A DNA stretch of 64,000 nt from assembly GCF_963921235.1 (NCBI RefSeq), contig NC_086107.1:105402001-105466000 (forward strand). Direction: 5' to 3'. This stretch comes from Mobula hypostoma (lineage: Eukaryota). The stretch's first letter is position 1. Every line of letters starts with the position of its first letter. The position numbers and the translations under genes were made by a program. This document shows positions 1 through 13,669 of this stretch, one piece after another. Below the pieces are notes generated by a model. The model saw only the letters and a list, made by a program, of their open reading frames with translations. It was not told where the DNA came from and ran no database searches.

Positions 1-925
1 CGACCCACAAAGTTGTGCTGAACATGTCCCTACCTTAGAAATTACTAGGCTTACCTATAGCCCTCTATTTTTCTAAGCTCCATGTACCTATCTAAATGTC
101 TCTTAAAAGACCCTTATTGTATCCACCTCCACCACCGTTGCCGACAGCCCATTCCACGCACTCAGCACTCTCTGAGTAAAAAATTTACCCCTGACATCTC
201 CTCTGTACCTACTCCCCAGCACCTTAAACCTGTGTCCTCTTGTGGCAACCATTTCAGCCCTGGGAAAAAGCCTCTGACTATCCACACGATCAATGCCTGT
301 CATCATCTTGTACACCTCTATCAGGTCACCTCTCATCCTCCTTATCGGAACAGAAGGTGGGGTGCAGTACTGAAGTTGGATATGACATTGGTGACCTATT
401 TGGAGTATTGTCTGCAGTTCTGGTCACCTACTACAGGAAAGATGTCAATAAGATTCAAAAGAGTGCAGAGAAAATTTACTCAGATGTTGCCAGGACTTGA
501 GGATCTAAGCTACAGGGATAGGTTGAATAGGTTAGCACTTTATTCCCTGGAGCGTAGGAGAATGAGGGGAGATCTTTTAGTGTGATACAAAATGATGAGG
601 GGTATAGATAGAGTATAGATAAAGCATGCAGGCTTTTCTCCCCGCGGTCAGGCGAGCCTAGAAGTAGCCATCATAGGTTTAGAGAGAAGGGTGAAACATT
701 TAAGGGGAATCTGAGGGGAACGCATCGTCAGTCAGAGGGTGGTGTGAGCGTGGAATGAGTTGGCGGCAGAAGGGGTAGATGTGGGATCAGTTGTAACATT
801 TAAGAGAAGTTTTGATAGGTAAATGGATGAGAAGGGTATGAGGTGCAGGTATAGATGGGACTAGGCAGAAGACCAGGCTCGCACGGACTAGATGGACTGA
901 AGGGCCTCCCTGTGTACTGTAGTAC
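1..925. mobile_element. Two CR1 3' fragments, divergent (1-343 on -, ~350-925 on +)
   Basis: MRGDLIEVYK..FFTQRV on -; LEYCLQFWSP..RRRMRGDL on +. Confidence 0.85.
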
Positions 926-3900
926 TCCATGCAATTATCTAATAACTACGAACAGGATGCAAGACAAGCTTTTCACTGTATCTCAGTACATGTATCATAG
1001 TAACATCAGCTTAATTCGGGGCGAGGGGTGGAGACTCCTCCACGCATGGGGCAGGAGGGGGCAGCTGCCTCGGGCTCTGTTGCTTATGCAGGGGTTCTGC
1101 GGGCAAGGTTCTCAGTGCCAACACAATGTTCCTTCACTACCCCGAGCACTCATGGGCCAGAAACTCCCAAGAGTTCAGGAATGTTGCACTTATTTTCAGA
1201 GACACTCCAAACACGGCACTCGGCGTAAGTCTTACTATCTATCTATTTATTTATTTGTGTATTGATTGATTGATTGAGATACAGTGTAGAATAGGCCTTT
1301 TTGGCCCTTCCAACCTTGCCACCCAGCAACCCCCGATTTAACCCTAGTTCAATCATGGTAAAATTTACAATGACCAATTAACCAGAAAGCATTCTTCTAG
1401 GGTGCATCACAACCTGGTATGGAAGTTGTCCTGTCCAAGACCGGAAGAAGCTGCAGAAGATAGTGAACACAGCCCAGCACATCACACAAACCAATCTTCC
1501 GTCCTTGGACTCACTTTACACCGCACGCTGTCGGAGCAGTGCTGCCAGGATAATCAAGGACAAGACCCAGCCAGCCAACGCACTTTTCGTCCCTCTTCCC
1601 TCTGGGAGAAGGCTCAGGAGCTTGAAGACTCGTACGGCCAGATTTGGGAACAGCTTCTTTCCAACTGTGATAAGACTGCTGAACAGATCCTGACCCGGAT
1701 CTGGGCCGTACCCTCCAAATATCCGGACCTGCCTCTCGGTTTTTTTTGCACTACCTTACTTTCCATTAATCTATTTTCTATTTATGATTTATAATTTAAA
1801 TTTTTACTATTTACTATTGATTTGTAATCCAGGGAGTGGGAAGCGCAGAATCAAATATCGCTGTGATGATTGTACGCTCTAGTATCAATTGTTTGGCAAC
1901 AATAATGTATAAAGTATAACCTACTAACTGGTACGTATTTGGACTGTGGGAGGAAGCTGGAGCATCCAGAGAAATCCCGTGCGTTCCACGGGGATGACGT
2001 ACAGAGTCCTCACAGATGCTGTTGGAACTGAAATCCAGGGCCCTGAACCGTAATCGCGTCACCCTCACCCCCGCCACCTCCCCCAACCGCGCCCCCTTTG
2101 CAACACCTGGTTATCTAAACACAAGAATTTCTGCAGATGCTGGAAATCCAAACCAACACACACACACAAAATGGTGGAAGAACTCAGCAGGTCAGGCAGC
2201 ATTGATGGGAAAAAGGCAAACAGTCGACATTTCGAGAAGGCTCTCGACCGTTTGCTTATTTCAAAAGGTGCTGCCTGACCTGCTAAGTCCCTCCAGCATT
2301 TTACGTGTTACCTGATTTTCTCGTTTCCTTTTCCTTCTTCGCCCCCGCAAAAAGGCCAACTGGTGTTTCTACTTCCTCAGGAGGCTAAAGAAATTTATCA
2401 AGTCCCCTTTGACCCTCCACAACTTTTATCGATGCACCATAGAAAGCATCCTATCCAGATGCATAATGGCTTGGTACGGCAATCTCAGTACGAGAAACTG
2501 CGGAGAGCTTGGTATGTCTCAGAACCCAGCTTCCTCTCCATGGACCCTGTCCACACTACTCATTGCATCAGTGCAATGACCAAAGGACCCCCCCCCCGAG
2601 CCCCCAGTCCCACCCACACATTCTCTCTTCACCCCTCTCCCATCGGGCAGAAGGTACAAAAGCCTGAAAGCACATACCCCTAGGATCAAGGATTGTTTCT
2701 ACCCCAGTGTTACGAGACCGCTGAGCTGTCCCCTGGTACAAGGAGATGGACTCTTAATCTTACAACCTACCTTATAATGGTCTTGCACCTTATTGTCTCC
2801 TCCAAGAGGACCGCAACCTTGTCGTAGGGTTTGGAGGCTTGCTCTCCAAACCCGGAGAGCTATGTTGGCTGGAGTCAGGGCCTTGTGCTTGGTAGGGTCA
2901 CCCATGCCAAACAGGTCAAAGGGTAGAGGTCAGACTAAGAGTGGTCCACCGGTCCTCCAGGTTCAGGGGTTCACCTCAAGGCTAACAACCCAGACTGGTA
3001 AAACAAAATAGTTACTGAAACAGCAATGGAGAATCCTTTATGTCTGTGTGTGAGGGTATTCCTGAGTCTCCACTCGAAACTCGCATAACTGACGGTAGTG
3101 AAAATCGAGCGACTGACACGATGAAGGAAGCCCTGAACACTGTCAGAGTTGGAGGACCTTCATTGCTGCCCTAAGCACCAGCGATGTTACGGGGAGTAGA
3201 GGCCTTATTGCCTGCCTGCGTTGCATTTTCCTCTGTCACTGGAACACTGGATTCTGCATTCTTGATGTGCTGTTGCAAAGGAAAGACCTGTATGGATGGC
3301 ATGCAAAATATTTTTTTTCATCCTACTGCAGTACATCTGACAATAACATACCAATTTATCAACTTACTTGCCTCCATCTTGTGGTCTATCACCCACAAAC
3401 TTAACCCACTGTGTCCCCTACCTTTTCCCTTCCTATTCCTATCTACCCGCCATCCATTCCCCCACCTGGCTCCATTGCCAACCTTCCTTTCTGAACAGCT
3501 TCCATAACTGTCCATTGCTCATCGCTATATCTGCCCCTCCTTCCCTCCTCTGTTTCCATCTACCCATCAACCCCGTCCACATTTGCATCCAACCTTCACC
3601 TTCCAGTTGCTGCCTCACCCCGTTCCCCTCCACCCTCACAGTCCTGATCCAGGGTCTCCTCCCAAAACTTCAAACATATTTTTGCCTCCACAGATGCTGC
3701 CTGGACCACCCTGTTCATTTTTTTTTTTTTGCTCTGAATTCCAGCATCTGCAGGGTATGTAATATCCTTTCAACCCGGCTGCTTGGATACTGGTGGTTGC
3801 TACGGCAATGCTGTGACAGACTCTCCCCTGGCTGTGCATCCCCTGTGCAAGATGAAATCTGTTCCAGAGCATTGTTCCCATTTTTAAATGTTTTATTCAA

Positions 3901-3989
3901 TGCGATCACCTTCCATCAAACCCATCTGGACTAAAACACATTGCTCAAAAAAAAACTTAGATTCAGGTTCACATTTAGATTCTGTAAAT

Positions 3990-4540
3990 TCAATGGCCAC
4001 TTTATTAGGTACATTAGGTATCTAATTAGCCAATTATGTGGCAGCAAGTCAATGCATAAAAACATGTAGACATTGTCTAGAGGTCCAGTTGCTATTCAGA
4101 CCAAACATCAGAATGCGGAAGAAATGTGATCTAAGTGACTTTGACCGTGGAATGATTGTTGGTGCCAGATGGGGTGGTTTGAGTATCTCAGAAACTGCTG
4201 ATTTCCTGGGGTTTTCATGCACAACAGTCTCTAGAGTTTACAGAGAATGGTGTGGAAAACTAAAAAAAAAAATCCAGTGAGCTGCAGTTCTGTGGGCAAA
4301 ATATCTTATTAATGAGAGAGGTCAGAGGAGAATGGTCGGACTGGTTCAAGCTGACAGGAAGGTGACAGTAACTCAGATAACCACACGTTACAACAGTGGT
4401 GTGCAGAAGATCATCTCTGAATGCACAACATGTCGAACCCTGAAGTGGATGGGCTACAGCAGCAGAAGATCATGAACATACTCTCAGTGGCCACTTTATT
4501 AGGTACAGGAGGTACACAATAAAGCGGCTACTAAGTGTAT
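3990..4540 (+). mobile_element. Tc1-like transposon, same family
   Basis: Same TIR and HTH remnant (ORF 4038-4280). Further copies at ~7675-7925 (-), ~12450-13290, ~14685-15260, ~54960-55530 and ~59355-59850. Confidence 0.85.
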
Positions 4541-7500
4541 ATCGAAGTATACAATGAAATGTGTCATTTGTGCTAATGACCAACACACCTAGGGATGTGC
4601 TGGGTGCTGTCCAAGATTTTGAAGCAATCCAATCCTGACCTCGAGCACTGTCTGTGTGGAGTTTGCATGTTTCCCCCTGTGACCACGTGGGTTTCCTTGG
4701 GATCCTTCAGTTAAGACGGTTAATTGGCCACTGTTAATTGCCTCTAGCGTAGGTGAATGGTGGAACCTGGGGGTCAAGCTAATGGGGATGTGGAGAGAAT
4801 AAAATGGGATTAGTGTTGAATGAGGGGGAAGAAGGCGATGCCAGCAAACAACACGACCAAGGGCAACATCCTTCAGAAAGTTCACAAAACTACTTTCACT
4901 TCGGGCAGGCGGGCAGTCCATGACCTCCTCCTCTGATGTGATGAGGCTCACACTCAGGTTGGAAGAACAACACCTTATATTCCGTTTGAGTAGCCTCCAA
5001 CCTGATGGCATGAACATCGATTTCTCAAACTCCCAGTAATGCCCCCCCCTTCTCCAGTCCCCATCTCCTTTTCCCTCTCTCACCGTATCCCCTTGCCTGC
5101 CCATCGCCTCCCTAATGCTCCTCCCCACTTTTTCTTTCTTCCACGGACTTCTGTCTCTTTCACCCATCAACTTCCCAGCTCTTTACCTCATCCCTCCCCC
5201 TCCAAGTTTCACCTATCACCTGATGTTTCTTTCTCCCCTCCCCCACTGTTTAATCTACTCCTCAGCTTTTTTCCTTCAGTCCTGCCAAAGGGTTTCGGCC
5301 CAGAATGTCGACTGTACTTTTTTCCACAGATGCTGCCTGACCTGCTGAGTTCCTCCAGCATTTTATAAGCTTCTATGCAGTCACCCATCATTCTCCTGTG
5401 CTCCAGGGAACAAAGATCAAGCATGGCCAACTCCTTCCTACGACTCGTGCTCTCCAGTCCAGGCAGCATTCTCGTAAACCTCTTCTGCACCCTCTCCATC
5501 GGAGAACGTCTTCCCTATAACAGGGTGATCGGAACTGATCACAATACTCCAAGTGTGGTCTCATCAACGACTCGTACAACTGCAACATAACGTCCCTGCT
5601 CCTAACCTCATTGCCCTGACGGTGAAGGCCAGCAAGCTAAACGCCTTCTTCCCCACCATTTCTACATGCACAGCTGCTCTCTGTAGACTCTGCACTTGTA
5701 CTCTCAAAGTCCACAACACTCATCTGTGCCCTGCTGTTCACTGTATGTCTTACCCTGGTTTGACTGTCAAAAAGGTGCCATCTGACACTTATGTAATGTG
5801 AATGGTTAGCACACACCTAGCGGGCCAAATGGCCTGTTTCTATAACGTATGGTTCTACTTCAACCTTATCCCAATAAAGTAAACCTCAGTCAATAACAGA
5901 ATCAGAATCAGGTCTAATATCGTCGGCACATGTTGTGGAATTTATCTTTGTGGCAGCAACACAATGCAATACATGATCATAGAGAGAAAAAACTGAATTT
6001 CAGTCTATATCTCAAATATTTACATTAAATAAGAAGTGTAAAAACAGAAGTAAAAAAGTAGTGAGGTTGTGTTCATGGGTTCAATGTCCATTCAGAGATC
6101 GGATGGCAGAGGGGAAGAAGCTGTTCCTGAATCGCTGAGTGTGTGCCTTCAGGCTTCTGTACCTCCTTCCTGATGGTAACAATGAGAAAAGGGCATGTCC
6201 TGCCTGATAGGGGTCCTTAGTAATTGACACCGCCTTTCTGAGGCATCGTTCCTTGAAGATGTCCAGGATACTATGGAGGACAATGCCCATGATGGAGCTG
6301 ATTGACTTTACAACTTCCTGCAACTTGCTTCAATCCTGTGCAGGAACACCCTCCCCCCCCCCCGCCCCCCACTACCAGATGGTGATGTGGCCAGTTCAAA
6401 TGCTGTCCACGGTACATCTGTAGAGATTTACAAATGTTTTAGGTGACAAACTGAATCTCCTCAAACTCCTAATGAAATATAGCTGCTGCTTTGTCTTCTT
6501 TATCGATGCCTCGATATGTTGTGACCAAGGTAGGTCCTCAGAGATCTTGACACCCAGGAACATGAAATTACTCACTCTCCAATGTATTTTGGAAACACAA
6601 CTGTTGTTGTACGCTAATGTGTCCACTGCAAGATTCCTCAAATCTGACAATAACTGCATCGTCAGTTTTAGAGATCTTGATCAAGGGATAAATATGCTGG
6701 GCCCCTTCTGTTCTTCCTTGAAATAATGTGTGGCATGGTAGCGCAGTCTGGTTAAGATGGCTGCCATGGGAGACATCTTCCAGATGGTCCACAGAACCGT
6801 TTCTTTCACTTCCTTTATGTCTCCTTTTTCCTTTAAGTGTGGTTCTGGTACTGTTGGAGCCTGTGATCTACAGCTGGATGGTGTGTTTTCAGGATGATTT
6901 GCTGTCTCCCAGAAGGTTCCAGGAGGTGAGTGGCCTCGAGGCCAAGAAGCTTAGAGATGGGGCACGACGAGCCCAGGATTGACTCCACTTCTCACCAATC
7001 TTGCCAACTAAAGCGTCGAGGAAAATTGAAACATTGAGGCGAGCAGGGAGGGCGAGCGAGCGTTCAGCGCCATCTACCAGCCTCTCACTGGCTGCTGCCA
7101 GAGGAAGGTGTCTGTGCATGATGGTCTCGCTCTCCCTCTCGTTTGCTGCTCCTGAGGGAAGGCCCCTGCGTTCGAATGGTCTCTCTCTCGATTTTGTGTT
7201 TTTATATTCTGTATTTTTGCTCATTCTTTCCTGTTGCTCTTTAGTGCAATTTGTTTTTTGCAAATGGGGGGGGGTCAATGTTCTTGTTGGCATTTGCGCA
7301 ATTTGTTTCTCTTTTAAGTGTGGCAGAGGGTTGATGCTTTTCTTTGAACAGGTTCCATGGTTTTCTTTGTTTCATGGCTGTCTGTGAAGAAGAAGAATCT
7401 CAGGGCTGAATACTGTGTACATACTTTGATCTTTGAACTTTGAATCGCTTTACATCGCTCATGATGACCAATCTGCTCAATTCCCGCTGCTGTCTATGTG

Positions 7501-8143
7501 GAATACCTACATCCCACATTCTCTCCCGTCCCCAGCCTGTCAGTCCTCAAGTTGTGGGGCTTGGTGGACTGTAACATCAGAACATCAAGCTGCCATTCTC
7601 ATTGTTATAGGAACAATTTCTCTCTCTCTCGCTAGTGGAGAGAGAATATCTGAGGTGTTGGGAACCCTGCCCTGGAGACTATTGTGCATGAAAACCCCAG
7701 GAGATGAAGAGTTTCTGAGATACTCAAACCATCCCATCTGGCACCAACAATCATTCCACAGTCAAAGTTGATTAGATCATATTTCTTCCCCACTCTGATG
7801 TTCGTTCTGAACAAGAACTGATCCTCTTGCTTTTATGCGTTGAGTTGCTGCCACTGGATTGGCTGATTAGATATTTGCATTAACGAGTAGATGTACAGGG
7901 GTACTTAATAAAGTGGTCGCTGACTGTGTGTGAGCATATGAAGTGACATGATGGAAAGGAGAAATAAGAAACTTTGAATTTATTGTTGGTTTATTATTTC
8001 ACAAGACTGGCGTGTCTAGTTTTGTTAGTCATTAATATGTAACCCAGTTTATGACTCTGTAACTTATGTCATGTGGCCATACATGGGAAAGGCAATGATT
8101 TTGCAATCATGGTACGCTCTGAGTCAGAGCAGTGATATTTTTG

Positions 8144-8282
8144 ACTTACCCCAGAACTATTTAAGAAACCCATTTTCGTGCTGCTAGGAGGAGTGGGATA
8201 TTTATAGGCCCACCCCTCTCCAACCCAGTGCCGTGGAGCTTGAGCACACTTCATGCCCGTATTCCTGGAGCCCTATTTTTAG
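8144..8282 (-). promoter_or_regulatory. Candidate muscle-type promoter and short first exon
   Basis: Perfect MEF2 site CTATTTTTAG at 8273-8282 and CACCC box at ~8211. On -: TATAAATA at 8206-8199 and donor |GTAAGT at 8149-8144. All lie in a repeat-poor island. Confidence 0.4.
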
Positions 8283-9248
8283 AATGATGATGTCCTCAAC
8301 AACTGACGCAGGTCCTGAGGCTGGGTCTGACTTACATCATTTGCAGATGTTGCAACGGGCTGAGGGCAGCGTGGGGTGTGGTTCCCAGGGAGAGGCAGGC
8401 TGGAACTGTCGAACGTGCCATTCGGCGCATCACCCTGTCCTATCCCTGCTATTTATTCAGCAACCCGCACAGTTAGCAAGTTATTATCCAACTTCATTTT
8501 TCACAAATTCCTGTTGAATCTATGGCCACCTGCCTCTTTACTCAGTGAACTTCAGATCATGACAACTACAGAGTTTATTTCTGACACTTTCCTACAAATT
8601 ATTTTATATCTGTGTCCTTTCGACCTCACCCCTAATTTTTCCCCCCTTTTTTTTCTACCAACAGCCCTCTCAAGGATCCTTAACCTCAGGGGAGAAAAGT
8701 GACTTACCTGATCTGTCCAAGTGCAGATCAGTGAGACGAGGCAGTACAACAGTTCCGCACACACCAGATGGGCCGAAGGGCCTGTTCCTGCGCTGTGGTG
8801 CTCTATGTCATTAATGTCCAGAGATAATTCAGCTAAACTCTGCCTCCAAGACCTTGAAACTGATATAAACTGGTTAAAGTCTTCCAAATGAGGCCAGGCC
8901 ATCGGTCTATGAAGGGGTTAACATGAGCCTCATTCTTGTCGTATCTCCATTTTCTGTTAATGAGCCAGGAAATTCCTCTCTGTTGTTCCGATATTCCTGC
9001 TTTGCTCAAAGACTTGTATGTGAGTGGGGATGAACTAAAAAGAAACACAATGTTGCTGTAAATGTAAAATGCCAGAAATACTTGGCAGGACAGTCAGCAT
9101 CTAGGGGGAGAGAAGCAGGCTCAATTGGTTCAGCTTGGAGACCTTTTATTAGGGGAAATAATGGGTTTGAACAAGAGGAACAAAAGAAGCAGTAGTGGAA
9201 AAATGGTGATAATTCCAGATTTCGGATTCAGATTTATTTATCACGTGC

Positions 9249-9547
9249 GGGCGCCACAGTAGTGTAGCGGTTAGCGCAGCGCTATTGTGTTCCAGAGTTT
9301 GGAGTTCAATTCCGGCCTCCCCTTTAAGGAAACTCTGTATGTCATCCCTGTGGAATGTGGGTTTTCCCTGGGAGCTCCAGTTTCCCCTCGCAGTCCAAAA
9401 CAATACCAGGTAGGTTAATTGGTCGTTGTAAGTTGTGCTGTGATTAGGATAGGGTGAATCGGGGTTGCGGGGTTGCGGGGTTGCGGGGTTGTTGGGGAGG
9501 CGTGGCTCGAAGGGCCGACTCGCCGCTGTGTCGCTAAATAAATAAGT
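9249..9547 (+). mobile_element. tRNA-derived SINE (V-SINE/HE1-like)
   Basis: A-box-like TAGTGTAGCGG and B-box GAGTTCAATTCC, a V-domain-like core and a TAAA tail. Partial copies at ~1920-2050 (-), ~33243-33370 (+), ~39810-39960 (-), ~43350-43495 (-) and ~58130-58290 (-). Confidence 0.75.
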
Positions 9548-10499
9548 ATACACAGAAACAGACAGGGCAATGTGTCGTTTGCGTTAGCACCTGACGCAGC
9601 GTAGGGATATGCTGGGGACAGCCCGCAAGTGTTGCCAAACGTTCCAGCGCCAACATAGCATGCCTACCAACTCAAAAATACAACAAAACAGAACACAACA
9701 AGCAATGAACCAACAACAAAGCAAGCCCCTTTCCTCCATCCCATTCACCCACACACTTAGACAGGCCTCCATGTCCAGGGTGGGCTGCCAGTCTCCTGTC
9801 TCCAGGCATCGGCCATTGGGCTTCCACTTCTCAAGTCTTGATCGAATTTTGGTATCGACCGCCAGATTAGTCGATGACGGGACCACAAAATCACCAGCCC
9901 TCGTACCTCCTGCTTGTAAGAATGTCTGATCCTGGGACTCACCAGCCTGAGACAGCCTGACACCTACATAATATTCCACAAGTCAAACGCTTCCCCACCC
10001 TCGGTATGCAATGCAGCAGTACTAGTGTCAAGATGCTGTTGTCCACATTGTAACACTTTTTGCCCTGTATTTTCCCCGCTTGTTCCACTCGTCTAAATCA
10101 CTCTGAAACCTCCTTATTGTGCTCCTCCCGATTCATAAACACACCAACAGAGAAGGTCAAGCTGCGTCTGTGATGGGAGAAGATCTGTGAGGGTGGGGAG
10201 AGGAAGTCGCTGCGTTTCGGGTTGAAACTCTGAATCGGGACGTAGTCCAGCAGATCGTTCATTGCTGAAGACTCCAGCATCTGCAGTCTCCTTTGTTCAA
10301 AGTCTTGATGTGCACTATGTCCGAGTCCAGTCGTATCTCACTTGTCTCTGTCTGACACCCCAAAGGAGACCCATCTATTCCTGCTCTCTAGTGTCTAACA
10401 AACAATCTCCATTCCACACCAGCATAATATCCATTCTAACTTCAACTACTGCACAGAGTCTTGTCATCTTCAGAAGTTTTCTGATGGCTCTGTCATAGT

Positions 10500-11330
10500 T
10501 GGATGCATCAGCAAGGGAGATGAGGCTGAGTACAGGGCTACAGTAGGAAACTTTGTCACATGGTGTGAGCAGAATTATCTGCAGCTTAATGTCAAAAAGA
10601 CTAAGGAGCTGGTGGTAGACCTGAGGAGAGCTAAGGTACCGGTGACCCCTGTTTCCATCCAGGGGGTCAGTGTGGACATGGTGGAGGATTACAAGTACCT
10701 GGGGATACGAATTGACAATAAACTGGACTGGTCAAAGAACACTGAGGCTGTCTACAAGAAGGGTCAGGGCCGTCTCTATATCCTGAGGAGACTGAGGTCC
10801 TTTAACATCTGCTGGACGATGCTGATGATGTTCTACGAGTCTGTGGTGGCCAGTGCTATCATGTTTGCTGTTGTGTGCTGGGGCAGCAGGCTGAGGGTAG
10901 CAGACACCAACAGAATCAACAAACTCATTTGTAAGGCCAGTGATGTTGTGGGGATGGAACTGGACTCTCTGACGGTGGTGTCTGAAAAGAGGATGCTGTC
11001 CAAGCTGCGTGCAATCTTGGACAATGTCTCCCATCCACTACATAATGTACTGGGTGGGCACAGGAGTACATTCAGCCAGAGACTCATTCCACCGAGATGC
11101 GGCACAGAGCGTCATAGGAAGTCATTCCTGCCTGTGGCCATCAAACTTTACAACTCCTCCCTTGGAGGGTCAGACACCCTGAGCCGATAGGCTGGTCCTG
11201 GACTTATTTCATAATTTACTGGCATAATTTACATATTACTATTTAATTATTTATGGTTCTATTACTATTTAGTATTTATGGAGTAATGAAAACCAATTTC
11301 CCTCGGGATCAATAAAGTATGACCATGACT
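10500..11330 (+). mobile_element. Rex1/Babar-type LINE 3' fragment
   Basis: 192-aa ORF 10612-11190 (LNVKKTKELVVD..YKYLG..QGRLYILRRLRSF..SFLPVAIKLYN), AT-rich 3' UTR, AATAAA and short-repeat tail. Confidence 0.85.
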
Positions 11331-11986
11331 AAACCTCCATGTAGGACTTTTTTTTATAACATAGAATGTCACAGCGATACTGTGCCAACCTGTTAATTAA
11401 TCTAACCCTTCCATCCTACGTAACCTTCCATTTTTCTCTCATCTATGTGCCTTTCTAAGAGCTTCTTAAATGCCCCTAATGTATCTGCCTCTACCACCAT
11501 TCCTGGCAGGGCATTCTACATACCCACCTCTTTCTGTGTAAAGAACGTACCTCTGACATGCCCCCTATACTTACCTTACAATTATACCTCTTTGTATTAG
11601 CCATTTCCACCCTGGGAAAATGTCTCTTACTTTTCACTTGAGCTATGCTTCTTAGTTGCTTGTACACCTCTAACAAGTCATCTCTTACCTTCCTATCTTA
11701 CAGAAAACCCTTAGCATGCCCAAGCTATTTTCATAGGACATGCTCTCTAGTCCTGGTAAATCTCCTCTGCACCCTCTCTAAAGCTTCCACATGAGGTCAC
11801 TTTATCAAAGGTGTTCCGGCTCTCCCTTAATGACTCCATTAGGAGCATTCCCATTCACTCCAGTGGGATTATGAAACATACTTTTCCTTTTTTTTAAACC
11901 CAATTGTTGCAATTGTATCCAGCCCTGCAGCTCAGATGAGAGTTTGTCCATTTCCGTTGATACTTTCTAACCACTGTTCTCACATC

Positions 11987-12405
11987 CTTGGAGTTTAGAA
12001 GAATGAGGGGAGATCTCATAGAAACATTTCCAATGTTGAAAGGCATGGACAGAGTGGATGTGGCAAAGTTGTTTCCCATGATGGGGGAGTCTAGTACGAG
12101 AGGGCATGACTTAAGGATTGAAGGGCGCCCTTTCAGAACAGGAATGCAAAGAAATTTTTTTAGTCAGAGGGTGGTGAATCTATGGAATTTGTTGCCACGG
12201 GCGGCAGTGGAGGTCAAGTCATTGGGTGTATTTAAGGCAGAGATTGATAGGTATCTGAGTAGCCAGGGCATCAAAGGTTATGGTGAGAAGGCGGAGGAGT
12301 GGGACTAAATGGGAGAATGGATCAGCTCATGATAAACTGGTGGAGCAGACTCGATGGGCCAAATGGCCTACTTCTGCTCCTTTGTCTTATGGTCTTATGG
12401 TCTTA
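11987..12405 (+). mobile_element. CR1 3' fragment, same young subfamily as 22770-25921
   Basis: Near-identical to ~25507-25920, including the (TCTTATGG)n tail. Confidence 0.9.
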
Positions 12406-12584
12406 TAGTAGATGCCAGCTTTTGCCTTGCTGTCGATCGCTTTCACAGGTCGCCTGTACGCCTGCTCGTTAATGCAAATATCTAATCAGCCGATCATGTG
12501 GCAGCTACTCACTGCATAAAAGCATGCTGACATGGTCACGAGGTTCAGTTGTTGTTCAGACCAAACATCAGGATGGGGAAGAAA

Positions 12585-13212
12585 TCAGAAGGAGAAGATG
12601 GCAGTGCGACGCAGCGCGCGCAGCTCTCCGGTGAAATGATATTGTTTCTGTTAAATAGGGGCCGTGGACAATTCTGATTTGATGGAGACAGGCATGAAAG
12701 CACAGAGGAACATCTGGAGAAATTTCTGAAACGCCCGTTCGCTGCCGCTGTTACTGGGTGATTGAGAATCTTCCGGAGGGAAGGCCCCAAAATCCCCGGC
12801 TTTGCCTGCTGCTGGCGACCGAGGCTGAGGTCGAGGCATTCGGATAGAGATGGTGCTCAGTACTTGGTGTCGGAGGGCTGATTGGAGGCTTGAAGTTTTC
12901 GGACGACTCAGAGTCGGATTGTGGTTGGGCATGGCAGGGAGAGTTTTCTTCCTTCTCCCGTCTGCGTGAGATGTGGGACTTTCGAGAGACTTTGAACTTT
13001 TTACCATGCCATGGCCTGTTCTTCATCAAGTTATGGTATTGTTGCGCTGTTGTAACTATATGTTATAATTATGTGGTTTTTGTTAGTTTTTCAGTCTTGA
13101 TCTGTCCTGTGTTTTGTGATATCACACCGGAGGAATATTGTATCATTTCTTAATGCATGCATTACTAAATGACAATAAAAGAGGACTGCGTGTCTTCATA
13201 ATCTAAAAAAAA
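12585..13212 (+). mobile_element. ~620-bp non-coding retroposon (SINE or non-autonomous LINE); second copy at ~31700-32335
   Basis: Two highly similar copies with a CpG-rich 5' part and a 3' end ..GACAATAAAAGAGGACTGCGTGTCTTCATAATCT(A)n; this copy splits a Tc1 element at GGGGAAGAAA|TGTGATC. Confidence 0.8.
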
Positions 13213-13669
13213 ATGTGATCTAAGTGAGTTTGACTGTGGATTGATTGCTGGTGCCAGATGGGGTGGTTTGAGTGTGTTAGAAACTCTTGGGTCAAGATAG
13301 TTTAAGGAAATTTCCTGTACTTTAGTGTAAAGACAAAATAAGACAAAATAATTGTTACTCTGGATCCAATGCAGCACAAAAAATAAGAAATACAATAATA
13401 ATAACAATAATAAAAACACAATAAATATAAATACATAAAATCGCTTATATAACGTCATAAAGTGACGTTAGGGTGTACATAAGGTGACTTATGGAATATT
13501 ATACTGTAGTGGTGGAGTTAGTGGGTGGAGGTGTTGATCAGCCTTACTGCTTGGGGAAAGTAGCTGTTTTTGAGTCTGGTGGTCCTGGTGTGGATGGTAC
13601 ATAGCCTCCTCCCTGATGGTTGTGGTAAAAGATTGCAGCTTGCTGCTGTGCAGAGGGACTTGGCAGAGC

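Noticed and set aside
1021..1230. Possible plus-strand exon ending at |GTAAGT (1225)
   Set aside because: No convincing coding similarity, promoter or partner exon; an isolated donor-like hexamer is expected by chance.
9249..9320. tRNA gene
   Set aside because: A/B boxes are followed by a SINE body and tail and no complete cloverleaf is evident; the same holds for 36058-36130.
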